The translations under genes and the position numbers were made by a program. Shown one piece after another: positions 38,804 through 51,690 of a stretch of DNA of 64,000 nucleotides. The notes under the pieces were generated by a model that was given only the letters and a program-made list of their open reading frames with translations, searched no databases and was not told the DNA's origin. Source of the DNA: Octopus vulgaris (lineage: Eukaryota); the NCBI GenBank assembly GCA_951406725.2, contig OX597820.1, positions 23,994,001-24,058,000 of the forward strand, written 5' to 3'. The stretch's first letter is position 1, and each line of letters starts with the position of its first letter.

Positions 38804-38857
38804 TATCGCTGACGAGGAGAAAATTCTTATGAATTAACTCTGAAATCGGAGCCGATA
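38804..38857 (+). ncRNA. Hammerhead-like motif (U16.1->G, probably inactive)
   Basis: UAUCG-CUGACGA-GGAG..AAUUC-UUAU-GAAUU..CUCU-GAA-AUCGGAG-C-CGAUA. Confidence 0.55.
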
Positions 38858-38998
38858 CGATGATAACGGAGTTTTTTGAAATTTCTGTCGGCTTACTTCG
38901 AGAAGGTGCTTATAGTGATGAATTATATGGTTATTGACGATTTAAGTCGATTTTCGGTATATTTGGCATATGTTGTATATATATATATATGTATATAT

Positions 38999-39305
38999 GG
39001 AGGCGCAATGGCCCATTGGTTAGGGCAGCGGACTCGCGGTCGTAGGATCGCGGTTTCGATTCCCAGACTGGGCGTTGTGAGTGTTTATTGAGCGAAAACA
39101 CTTAAAGCTCCACGAGGCTCCAGCAGGGGATGGTGGCGATCCCTGCTGTTCTCTTTCGCCACAACTTTCTCTCAGTCTTTCTTCTGTTAGCCTGCTCGCT
39201 TAACCAGCGGGGTGGCGTCATTTGAAGGTTAAAACAATGCGAAGCACATTGTGACCAGCGATGTGTAACAACATCTGATAGCCTGGTCGGTCACGGTGAT
39301 CACGG

Positions 39306-39308
<3 letters not shown>
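38999..39308 (+). mobile_element. SINE family C (tRNA-derived), tail type 1
   Basis: GGAGGCGCAATGGCCCATTGGTTAGGGCAGCGGACTCGCGG..TTCGATTCC head; tail ends (CACGGT.AT)2. Confidence 0.85.
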
Positions 39309-39371
<63 letters not shown>

Positions 39372-39502
39372 TGTACATTTTAAAATATAAGAGATGGTCA
39401 TAACAGGACATATGACCCGCTAGAAGGAGTAAAACTCCAAACCACTATTAGGGGTAATTTCGAAAGGGAATGAAAAATAAAAAAAACATTTACCATTTAT
39501 TT

Positions 39503-39535
39503 CCTGTACCATGGTTTCTAGCTATCTTCAGCAAA
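39503..39535 (-). ncRNA. Ultra-minimal hammerhead-like motif
   Basis: UUUG-CUGAAGA-UAGCUA-GAA-ACCAUGGU-A-CAGG. Confidence 0.55.
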
Positions 39536-39554
39536 TAAATAATATTAATAATGA

Positions 39555-39611
<57 letters not shown>

Positions 39612-40066
39612 CTAGTTTCTCTGGATCCAGAAAAAGTAACTACAAAAACTCTACACCTTCTCCCAAAAGCATAAAAAACACTCCTCAAAATAAAAGACAA
39701 ACAAAACATGACGAATCGGTCATGACTGAAATACGTTGCTTCATCAACACCACCCACGCAACAACTGATACTTGTAACACCCTGTTTACTGTTGCAATGC
39801 CTCCACCATCAGGCCACTGCTAGCATCATCATCGTCATCATCATCATCTTCATCATCATCATCATCACCGTCATCAACTCTACTATAACCATCACTATCA
39901 CAGTCACCTCCCATCACCTCCCATCATCACCATTGTCATCATCATCCCATTATTATCACCCCGTCATTATCACTCCACCATCACCCCATCATTATCACTC
40001 CATCATCACCCATCATTATCATCATCACCACCACCACCACCAAACCCATCATAATCATTATCGTCG

Positions 40067-40113
<47 letters not shown>

Positions 40114-41333
40114 GTCGTCGTCGTCGTCGTCATCATCATCATCATCACCATGATCATCATCATCATCGCTACCATCATTTGCAACTGTATCGGTTATAGA
40201 GTCAGTCGTCAAAAGTTTAATTACATGTACTTTTTATAGAACGCCATTACAGTAAGATTTATCTCCACTTTACTCCAACAATCTCAATCCCCCGCACAAA
40301 CCACCTCCACTCATCATTAAAACGAAGTGAGAATTTCAAAAGCTGTCTACGATAAAATTAGTGTTAGTTCTTTTACTTTTTAATACATATGTGTATATTT
40401 AGAAAAAAAAAATCTTGTTTTTTAAGTTCACTTTTTTTTCCTTGGTATTTATTCATAACAATCTGGTGTAAGTTGTTTGCCCGTCGGAGAGATAAAAATC
40501 TGCTTTTTTCCCTTTCCCGAATTCAATATTGTTTGTCTAAAAAAGAAAAATAGAAAATAAATAAGGTCAAGATATAAAAATGCGAAATCTGTGTGCAAAG
40601 AGTATAAATTTAGATGATAATGGATTTAACACGTTATAAAATTGAAATTATCGAGGAATGTTTGAAAAGAGGTAATTGGCTATTACCCAGAGTTGAGAAT
40701 AAGTACACATTTAAATGGACGTCTGAGAGTTATTCTGGTTTTGATGTGGCGAGAGGGAGATAGATAGATAGACAGATAGACAGCTAGATAAATAGATAGA
40801 TAGATAGAGGGAGTGAGATTAAGAGAGAGAGAGAAGAATGAGTGAATGATGGATTTGGCAGTAAATCAAAGCGGCTAATTCCTTTGCAGACGCAGATCCT
40901 CTTGTGTTGTATATTCTAGTCACTCACGACCATCTTGTTCTTGTTTAAAGGCCATGTAGGACCATATTTCTCTAAAGTGTCCTTATTGAAGACGTCAGGG
41001 CGGGAGTTTTGATGTAACACGCAGAGAACAAAATACAATGTATTCTTTATTTGTCACAGCGATTCTGCCGCCGTTTTATGTATGTATGTATGTATGTATG
41101 TATGTATGTATGTATGTATGTATGTATGTATGTATGTATGTATGTATGTATGTACGTACGTATGTATAAATATATATGTATATATATATATAAATATAAA
41201 TATAAATTAGAAAAAAAGCACCTTTTATCAATTCAATAATGAAAAAATGCACCACCTACAAAATTACATATTATAGAAAGATTAAATATAAGTTTGGAAT
41301 AATATTCCCTCATATCATTATTATTATTATTAT

Positions 41334-43140
41334 TTCTTATTCAGTAGTTTTATTTTTATAGCGTGCTTTCACTTCACTACCGAGCGCAGCTCTGTGTGCC
41401 TTGGGTATGTGCTGTGATTTGTTGTGATGCTCTGATGGTTATTGTATGGAAAGTGTTCTGCGTAGGATGTGTGCAGTGCCTAGTAGTGCAATTTTCTGTA
41501 TGTTATATGTGTTTGTAAGTCCTGGTGTTTTTGTTATGTATTTGTCTGAATATTTTTTTATCATGCCTAATGCACCTACTATGATAGGAATTGTTTCTGT
41601 TTTCAGGTTCCACATTCTAGTTACCTCTATTTCCAGGTCTTTGTATTTTGAGAGTTTCTCCATTTCTTTTAGAGACACGTTGTCATCTGCCGGTATTGAT
41701 ACATCAATTAGAAAGCATTTTTTTCTTCATGATCTCTGACAACTATATCTGGTCTGTTGGCCTTAATTTCTCTATCTGTGTGTATCGGCATATCCCAGAG
41801 TATGGTTGCTTTCTCGTTTTCTGTGACCTTTTCTGGTGTGTGCCTATACCATCTTTTTTCTGTTGTTATTCCATAATGTTGGCATAGCTTCCAATGTATG
41901 TAGGTTCCAACTCTGTCATGTCTGTGAATATATTCCTTCTTAGCCAGGACTGGGCAGCTAGAGATAATATGATTTATTGTTTCTTGTCCATCTCCACATA
42001 TTCTGCAGTTACTTGTAATATTTCTTTTCATTACATGTTTTTGGTAATTTCTGGTGGGGAGGCTTTGGTCTTGTGCTGCAATTAAAAATCCCTCTGTTTC
42101 TGCTTTGAGTCCTGAGCTTCTCAACCATTGCTGGGATTTTTCTTTGTCTATTTCTTTTGCGTTTAGTTTAGTGCAGTATTTACCATGAAGGGGCTTTTCT
42201 TGCCATCGTTTTATCATGGCTCGTTGCTGTTCTATTTTTAGTTTGGATTTCATTTGTTTTATAGCTTTTGTTGTTTCTTCATCATCTTCTTCTTCTTCTT
42301 TGTGTTTATTAGGTGGTATGATTTCTTGTTTGTATTTGTCAGCTTCCTTAAATACTGAGAACAGTTTTTTGTTTTGCTCGTGTTTTGCTGCTATCTGGAT
42401 CAGTTTTCCTTCCTTCTGAAGTAGGTATTTTTGCAGTCCTATGGTGGTTATTTTATAGTAGTTTTCCAGCTGTATAAGGCCTCTACCACCTTCTATACGT
42501 TGTATATATAGTCTTTCTATGTCAGATTTTGGGTGATGCATCCTAGATCCTGTCAGTATTTTTCTTGTTTTCCTATCTATTTTGGACAGTTCATTTCGTG
42601 TCCAGTTAAGGATATTGTAGCTGTAACTTATAACTGGGACAGCTAAAGTGTTGATACCTATTATCTTGTTTTTAGCATTGAGCTCTGTTTTTAGTATTGA
42701 TCTAACTCGTCTATAATATTCTTTTTTTATTTTCTCTTTCATTTATGTGTGTTGTGCCTTATCTAGTTCATGGATTCCTAAGTATTTGTAAGTTTGGCTT
42801 TGGTCTAATTCTTTAATTTCATTGGTTTTATCTAGTGTGATGTTGTTACTCTTAACTAGTTTTCCTCTTTTCATGGTTACTTTGGCGCATTTTTCTAATC
42901 CAAATTTCATATCTATTTCTTTGGTAAATCCATGAACTGTCTTTAATAGTGTTCCCAGCTGTTTGTCATTTGCAGCGTATAGTTTTAGGTCATCCATATA
43001 TAAAAGGTGGCTGATCGTTTTGCCGTAACATTTATATCCGCATCCAGTTCTATTTAGCATATCAGATAGAGGTGACAGTGCCAAGCAGAAAAGGAGTGGA
43101 AAGAGCGTGTCTCCCTGGAATATTCCTCCCTGGAATAATA
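41334..43140 (-). mobile_element. R4/Dong-clade non-LTR retrotransposon (RT C-half + CCHC + RLE), 5'-truncated, inserted in (TAA)n
   Basis: GIFQGD, HLLYMDDLK, YKYLG, CRICGDGQETINHIISSC, RHD, RPDIVV, KYKDLEIE. One stop (42743-42745) and one frameshift (near 41718). TAA/TTA repeats at 41316-41333 and 43144-43205. Confidence 0.95.
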
Positions 43141-43143
43141 TTC

Positions 43144-43211
<68 letters not shown>

Positions 43212-43212
<1 letters not shown>

Positions 43213-43440
43213 GACCGACTAGACTATCAGATGCTGCTGCATATCTCTGGTCACAATGCGCTTAGCATTGCTTTAGCCATCAAATGACGCCACCCCGCTG
43301 GCTAGGCGAGAAAGCCAACACTCTCTCTTGATCGGAAGGCGACTGGAATGGAGGAACGTAACAGGAAGTGTTTTGCTCAAGAACACAACGATTGCTGGTC
43401 TGAGAATCGAACCCAGGAACCAGCGATCGTGAGCGCAACA
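43212..43440 (-). mobile_element. SINE family C, diverged, tail type 1
   Basis: Reverse complement of the 39195-39300 tail plus a B-box. Confidence 0.75.
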
Positions 43441-43447
43441 TATATAT

Positions 43448-43575
43448 ACTGTTGTGTCTGGGGAGAGTCATTCTCTTTTAGTGCCTTATAATCTAACACA
43501 CGCGCCGGTAAAATTTCTACTCATTTATTTATCTTTCTAAAATTTTCGTTGAGTCTTGCAACCTTTGCAATAGTT
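43448..43575 (-). mobile_element. PLE-like terminal fragment with U3:A8-type HHR relic (43537-43573)
   Basis: CUA-UUGCAAA-G-GUUG..CAAC-GAA-AAUU-U-UAG, then ATG MTLPRHN; homologous to 61-127. Confidence 0.55.
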
Positions 43576-45278
43576 GTTCACTCTGTCCGTTATTCAAACT
43601 GCGCTCTTTTTGTTCGTTTGTGCGCACATGTGTGGGCCAGTGTGTGTGCGCATACACATGTATGTATGTGTACATGCATATAAATGTGTGTATGCATGTA
43701 TGTATGTGCGTGTATCCGCGTATGTATACATGGATGTATGTGTGTACGTTTCTATGTATGTATTCTGCATATTCATGTATTTGTGTGTTTGTGTGTTTTT
43801 ATGCGTGTGTGTATGTGTGTGTGTGTACCTCTGTCTCCTTGTGTGTGTATGTCTGAGTGTGTCTGTGTTTGTGCGTGCATGTTTGGGTTTTTGTGACTAT
43901 GTACTGTGTCTGTATGTATGGATATGTATCTCTATATGTGTGGACGTGTGTCTCCATATGTGTCCTTGTGTGAAGTGTGTGTGTGTGTGTGTGTGTATGG
44001 TCATGTGTGTTCGGTCTTCATTTGCGTATGTGTGTGTATGTGTGCTTGTCTGTTCATATTACCTATGTACCTATCCATCAGTATGTCTATCTGTTTATTT
44101 TCATATCCATTTGCCAACATGCATATGCACGTACATATATACATACATACACACATACATACGTACATACATACATACATACATACATACATACATACAT
44201 ACATACATACATACATACATACATACATACATACATACATACATGTGTTTTTGTAGGTAAATTATATTCCTTTTGTTTCTCATTGTTCAATATGCAACTG
44301 AGGCATGAACTCACCTTCCTTTGTCACGCAGCACTATCAGCCAGACTTTTTTTTACTCCGACCGATAATTTATAATTCAGTCTGCCCGTTTAAAGTAATT
44401 CCAGAAAGAGATGAAAATAGATACATGCCAAAAAACAAAAAACCCAAGAAAAAAACCAAACAAAGAAAAAAAGAAAAGAAAAAACAAACAAACGCTTTTC
44501 ATGTTTCTTATTTCGTTCTCAACATTTATGCATTCACTCGGTGAAAAAACGAATCTTGTTGCCGCTACCCTTTTTATCCCTATTCGAGTCACACTGACTG
44601 CACCTTTAGTATAAACTATGTGAACTTTTATATCATCCCAGGAATCATTTGTTTCAGACAAAAGACAATTTCAAAACAATTATATATTTCATATTTCTCA
44701 AAATAACTTCCATTTTTATTACTGCTACTGCTACTAACATTAACAATAAATTAAGCAAGTTGCCGAACGAAGAAGGTTAAGTGACAGAACGACAACTTTA
44801 AATAACAGGTCGAAGATCGTTAGAAACGTTGAAGCCCAATAATTCACCTGAAATGAATCTTGGGGGTTTTCATCGAAATCTCAGCGCGGTAAATTAATTG
44901 TACAAAGTAACATAAATTATTTATTCCAAATTCGTTGCGTCCAGCTTTCATAACGCATTAATTTATCTACAGAGGGACACACTTCAATTGTTTCAATTAT
45001 GTATAGAAGAACTAGTAATAAAAATTTCATATTCACACGCAATTTCTCTCCTCACCGCCTTAATGTATGTATGTATGTATGTATGTATGTATGTATGTAT
45101 GTATGTATGTATGTATGTATGTATGTATGTGTGTATGTGTATATATATATGTGTATGTACATGTACATGTACATATATATGTACATATATTTATATGTAT
45201 ATATATGTACATATATTTATATGTATATATGTGTACATATATTTATATGTATATATGTGTACACATGTATATACGCGT

Positions 45279-45334
<56 letters not shown>

Positions 45335-45685
45335 CAGGTGAGCTTGTAGAAACGTTTGCTGCTCGGAAAAAATATTTGTGGCATTTCTTCTGGCTCTTTA
45401 TGTAATGAGTTTAAATTCTGCCGAAGTTATCTTTGACTTTCACCCCTTCGGAGTCGATAAAATAAAGGACCAGTCAAATACTGGGGTCAACGGAACCAAC
45501 TTCTCACCTTTCTTCAAAATTATTGGCCTTGATTCCTGCAATGGACTAGCGTCTCTTTCAGGGAGGGTGTTGCTCTCTTGGTCACATATACGCCATGAAA
45601 ATCGGGTAATCGGCTTTATGAGTCTCAGGGGCCAATAAAAAAGTATATATGCAAGGAAGAGACAAAATTCTTAAAATCAAAAGAT

Positions 45686-45999
45686 ATGCACTGTCCCTTA
45701 GTTGATTGGGGAACTTTTGATGAAGCTACCAGGAACACAATAATTAAAAATAAAGAGCATTTGTACCAACAGTTGAGAGAAAAATGGAGTAAAATTGCGC
45801 CTAGCACCTGCAAGAAACTAGCTAATTCAATGCCTAACCATATAAATGTGGTAATTGATGCTAAAGGAGGGTCAACCAGATATTAAAACTAAAGTATGAT
45901 ATGTGAAATATACCATAATCTACCATGTGCACAAGTTTAATTAACATTGAGATAGCAGAACCCCAAAACATTGGGGTGGCCTAATACTTTTGGCCAAGG

Positions 46000-46002
<3 letters not shown>
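45686..46002 (+). mobile_element. Tc1 transposon 3' fragment
   Basis: W..CKKLANSMPNHINVVIDAKGGSTRY* and TIR GGGGTGGCCTAATACTTTTGGCCAAGGCTG|TA. Confidence 0.85.
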
Positions 46003-46036
<34 letters not shown>

Positions 46037-46824
46037 GTATATATATGTATGTATGCATATTTTTGTGCATGTGTGTATGAGTGTGTGTGCGTGTACATTC
46101 GCACATGGGTATATTAATTGTTTATTAATACACTAAACGACGTATTTGGATTATTGAATAATAATGAAATACCACAAAGCATATCTTGTTTTATAGTCAC
46201 CAGTGTAATGTTTTTGTATGTACTGAACATACTACGACGAATGCTAACAAGTATTTACTAATTAATCTTTTAACGAACAAAAAAGTGGGATTGATTTGAC
46301 ATGGTTGGAGTCCTCGTCGATACCTTTTTCAGAATCCACTTAACCATGGTTTCACTGTCCATGGATAGTTGCAAAGCTCAAAGCTATACATAATCACCAT
46401 ATCTAATACGAAGCCTGTAAATCCGATTTGCATAAATATGCAATTCGCTATGCCGACAATTTATCCAATTAATTATTTATGTTCGATACAGAGATTTCGC
46501 TTAATTACATATCCCCGGTAACTGAAATTCATATTCCGAAATATGCCACTAATCAAATTTCCTTAGTAGGCGATAAATCACAAGACTTCAGTATATATTA
46601 CAATTATATTACAATTATACTTCACTTGTATACATCATGTTATGTAACAAGAATAAAATTATTTTTACATACAGTACTTTTTGTGTATACAAAATTTAGT
46701 TCTGTTCCACCGAGCCTATTTTTATTCATAAGGATGTATGTATGTATGTATGTATGTATGTATGTATGTATGTATGTATGTATGTATGTATGTATGTATG
46801 TATGTATGTATGCATGTATAAATC

Positions 46825-47060
46825 GCTCAAGTCCATCCATGCGCCGGGATGGACTTGAGCGAACGATCATAACTGGCAAGGTGAACGAACGGCAGATGTA
46901 AAAGAGGCAGACCATCCACTTCTTGGCTGAAAGACATCACAACCACAGGATGGTCTTCATTCTCAGCTGTCCATGGGGTAGAGGACAGGAGAAGGTGGCA
47001 AGACATCGTGATGACCACAGCATCGCATAGTGCGACACCACACTAGGATGATGATGATGT
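46825..47060 (+). mobile_element. RTE LINE 3' end
   Basis: RRDGLERTIITGKVN..RGRPSTSWLKDI..EDRRRWQDIV, followed by a (GAT)n tail. Confidence 0.8.
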
Positions 47061-47464
47061 ATAAATATCAAGACATTTGTGAGGTTGGTCACGAGTGCTA
47101 CTGTTAACATGGAATCCAGTACAACGTGTTGCATGGTCGGGTGGCCGGCGACTAAACCGGCACCTCCACTAGGCTTGCCTGGTGAAGAAGGTTGCGAGAC
47201 AGTCAGCAGGACTAAGGATGGAGGAACCTAATAAAGGTTCAATGACTATCTAGCAATAGCACAAACCCTCAGAAATTACGGGTTGGTGCCTGGTATGTTG
47301 GAAGACCACTGGGAGTGAGGCTTCCATCAGCTTTTGCTAAAGCATCTCTCTAGGAGAAGGTCATTCTGATATAAAATCGGATATGCAAGGAATGGTACTG
47401 AATTTTTTTTGAGACTTTTTGCTTGCGCTTAAGATTATGACGTCCCGCATTCCTGAGACTGCAA

Positions 47465-47617
47465 CCCCAGTGCGTAACTGGTACTTATTTAATCGACCTC
47501 AAAAGGATGGAAGGCAAAGTCGACCTCGGAGGAATTTGAACTCAGAACGTAGCGGCAGACGAAATACCGCTAAGCATTTCGTCCGGCGCGCTAACGTTTC
47601 TGTCAGCTCACCGCCTT
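47465..47617 (-). mobile_element. SINE family A, 5' part
   Basis: Reverse complement of the family A head and central domain. Confidence 0.85.
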
Positions 47618-47814
47618 ACATATATGTATATATATATTGATGATTAACAGGTCGACTTAGCTTACTCATCTCGCTGAAAGTTTTATTGCATATCTAAATA
47701 TATTATAGCCTTTGAGCCTGTTAATCATTAACTACTCTTTCACTTACTTATATGGAAATATGAACTAAACAGTAGGTCAGGAACCCCATAAACTATAAAC
47801 CAACAAGCGTCACC

Positions 47815-47857
<43 letters not shown>

Positions 47858-48379
47858 AGCACACATGTGTGTGTGTATATGTGCATATAGGTATGCACAT
47901 AAGAATTACACACACATACAAACTTATACGCATATATATAGATTTATGCATATATACGTACACTCACACACATACGCGCACACACACACACATATATAAT
48001 GTAATATAATATATAACTTAATAATGCAATAACGTATTTATATCAAAGTAAAAAGCAGATAAAGCACAAGTAGGCTTAATGGATATATTTACATGGAATA
48101 CAGATAAACAAGAAGAATGTCTTATCTTGACAGCTGTTTCGGATAAAGAATGACTTATGCCATAACCATGTCTATTATGTAATAAAAATTTCTAATGTCG
48201 TAGGTGTATGGAAGAACACAAATTTTTATTGATTTGCGAAGAGAAATCATATTACTATCATTTGAAGATTCTGGTTAAATGCGTATATATGCTTAGCGAT
48301 GTTTACACGCACACATACGCACACATACGCGCGAGCACATACAAGCTATCTCTCTCTCTCACACATAGTCACACACGCA

Positions 48380-48415
<36 letters not shown>

Positions 48416-48922
48416 TACATGTGTTCTATGGGAAGCGGGGTGAGAGGGCAGAGCAGGAAAGAAACAGAGAGAAAGATAGAATGGGTGGGGTGCGGTAATA
48501 AAAGTGTAATTCGTGCTTAGGCGATATTAAAAATAAAATAGATCATAAAGGATGAGGATGTGACCAAGTGAAAGAGAGGTTTGTCAAAGTCTAGATCAGT
48601 CGTGGACTTTCTGAATGGTACGCTAAACGAAAAGATTACCTTGAATCTGATTTTTTAATAATGCGAGTCGTCTGATATTGAGTCATATCTTATGCAACCC
48701 GCTTCTGGAAAAGGTTGTCCATGCCTGGTAAAGATAATGGTAGGAGATGGTTGGCGGTAGATAATAAATAAACGTCAGTTGCAGAAATAAGCAGAAACTA
48801 AGGAAGAAAATATAAAGACGACGCGAACAAATGGGCAATCGCAGTGGGGATGTAAACGAACCAACACCAATTGGGAGACAAAAGTAAGCGCAAAGACACA
48901 CACAGATACAGGCACACATATG

Positions 48923-48954
<32 letters not shown>

Positions 48955-48988
48955 TGTATGTATGTATGTATGTATGTATGTATGTATG

Positions 48989-49039
<51 letters not shown>

Positions 49040-49040
<1 letters not shown>

Positions 49041-49224
49041 GGGAAAGTTTAAGAAAATAAACAAAAGACGAAGGCAGGTGGAGTACAAACAAACAAGTGT
49101 ATTAGTATAGCGCTCAGGAATAGAAAAAGTCTTTTACGTTTCGAGCCTACGGTCTTCAACAGAAAGATACACAGAAAAAAAAACCAGGAGAGAAACAAGG
49201 AGAAAAAAATGGAGAGAAAAAAAG

Positions 49225-49230
<6 letters not shown>
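49040..49230 (-). mobile_element. PLE-derived repeat with hammerhead motif (49130-49167)
   Basis: UCUUU-CUGUUGA-A-GACC-GUAG-GCUC-GAA-ACGU-A-AAAGA (A6->U). Confidence 0.65.
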
Positions 49231-49280
<50 letters not shown>

Positions 49281-49338
49281 ATGAATTTTTGTTTTGCAAG
49301 ATACTTGATGTAAAAATCGTGTGTTGAAACAGATATAA

Positions 49339-49689
49339 TGTTTCGGGACGGTCATTTTTTCTCGCCAAATAAGCACACACACTATATATTTGCCCTTCAC
49401 TCGTTTATTATTGTTCTTATTTTATCTTATGACCATTGTCTGGAAATCTTTCGTCACACATCTGTCACCTCTTCAGTGACTTTTCTAACCCACGTGTAGC
49501 CTCCTGTTTACTAAGCATAACATGAGGATACACGTGAGATAGAAGAGTCCCTGAAGAGGTCACAGATGTGTGATGAAAGAATTCCAGACAATGGACATAA
49601 GATAAAATAGGAACAACAATAAAAGAGTGATGGGCAAATATATACTGCGTGTGTTTATTTGGTAAGAAAAAAATGACCGTCCCGAAACA
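49339..49689. repeat. ~350-bp imperfect fold-back with a hammerhead-like motif in each arm
   Basis: Arms of about 170 bp are reverse complements. CUGAAGA-G-GU(C/G)ACA-GAUG-UGUGA(C/U)-GAAA at 49438-49480 (-) and 49547-49589 (+). Confidence 0.85.
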
Positions 49690-50309
49690 ACAATACATAT
49701 ATACACATATACAACATACACACACACACACACACATACACAGACACGCATACACAGACACGCATACACAGACACACACACAGACACATATACACATTTA
49801 TATACAGTTTCCGTCCATCAAATTCACTCGCAAGGCATTGGTCGGTTTGGGACTATAGTTGAAGGTACTTGCCCGAGGTGTCGCGCAGAGGGATGGAACC
49901 CGTAACCTCGTAGTTGTAAAGCGAGTTTCTTAACAACACAGCCGTGTCTGCACCTATGCATAAATGCATACATACATACATAAATACATACATATGTATA
50001 TATATATGTATATATGAATATGTTTATGTATATGTATATGCATATGTGTATATATACATATATATATATGTATATGCATATGTATATATATATATATATA
50101 TGAATATGTTTATGTATATGCATATGTGCATACATACAAACATGCATACATACATACAAATATACATACGTACGTACATACACACACACACATACATTCA
50201 TACACACACACACACACACACATATATACATATATATATATATTACGCAGATGTACTTGCATAGCAAGTGACTTGATCTGAGATCGTGTTCTGAAACAAA
50301 AGCTATTTC

Positions 50310-50517
50310 AGCGTGGGTGGTGTTTCTAAGCTATTTAAAGACTCACAAAAACCGTTAGATTCACTTCAACATTTAAATTTAATTTGTCAAAATAATTTCC
50401 TCGCTTTGAAACCGCAACCAATTCACTGACAAAATTCCGTGCTGCACGGAATTTTGTCAGTGAACAGGAGGCGGTTTTAGTGAGTTTTTAAATGGCTTCT
50501 AAACACCTTCCACGCTG
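50310..50517. repeat. Nested inverted repeat with perfect 21-bp-arm palindrome (50422-50464)
   Basis: TTCACTGACAAAATTCCGTGC-T-GCACGGAATTTTGTCAGTGAA; outer arms at about 50310-50347 and 50480-50517. Confidence 0.85.
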
Positions 50518-50529
50518 CAATTGTGTGTG

Positions 50530-50626
<97 letters not shown>

Positions 50627-50633
50627 GTATATA

Positions 50634-50669
<36 letters not shown>

Positions 50670-51103
50670 TGTATGTATGTATGTATTGCTTGGATTTCTG
50701 ACTTCTGCTAAATGTGATAAATATTTAATGAAGGTGTATGAGAATAGGTGCTGTTCATGTTTCCCAACATGGTTATTAGAAGCAAGAATTAAACGAATCG
50801 GTCTTTGTGTTCCCCAAATTATTGCCATAACATGGAATTTCTTAGCACGAAACATATCTCCTCTTGAATACCCTATTCATTGACTTCTATGTAACATGAA
50901 AGTCAAACACAGAATAGGTTTCGCATTGGTTAGATTTTCAAGCACGCAAGGCGATGGTTGTTTGTAAAAATGAAAAGGCACAGACCTGGTTGTGTGGTTG
51001 AAAAACTTGCTTCCCAACCAAGTGGTCTTGGGTTCAGTCCCGGCACCTTAGGTGTCTTTCACAATAGCACCAGGCCGACCAAAGACTTGCGTGTAAATTT
51101 AGT

Positions 51104-51680
51104 AGTGTCATGGTTTTAGAGATTGTTAGCAATGAAGGACATGTGATGCCTCCTTACTTCTTTCCACAAGGCCTCAGAGTTAACTCTGCTGCTTACATTG
51201 AGGTCCTGGAAATAATTGTTAAGACCTGGATAGACAGTGTATGCAATGGAAAACCATATGTGTTTCAGCAAGACTCTGCACTATCACACATAGCTCTAGT
51301 AACACAGGAATGGATGGTTGAAAATTTTTATGATCACATAACCTCTAATATTTGGCCTCCTAATTCCCCAGATCTCAATCCATTGGACTATTAGATGTGA
51401 AGTGTTGTTGAGAGAGAGGCCAATGAACATGCCCATAACACCAAAGATTCTATGAAAGCTGCCATAGTCAGAGTAATGTCCAAAATGAACCGGGACCATT
51501 TGATTCGAGCATGTAGATGATTTAGATCTCATATAGAGGTAGTCGTTGAAGCTGAAGGTGAATTTATCGAATAACACTATAGAAAAGGTTTATTTTAATT
51601 CTCATGGCATTTTTTGATAGATGAAGTTATCTGTTATTAAATATGTTTTTTTTTATAAACATAAATCTGTCCTCACCCTA
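51104..51680 (+). mobile_element. DD37D (maT) transposon 3' fragment
   Basis: FQQD-x37-D spacing (FQQDSALSH...WPPNSPDLNPLDY), stops downstream, C-terminus VEAEGEFIE*. Confidence 0.88.
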
Positions 51681-51690
51681 TATACATACA

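Noticed and set aside
39820-40180. His-rich or Asp-rich protein
   Set aside because: Degenerate (CAT)n microsatellite.
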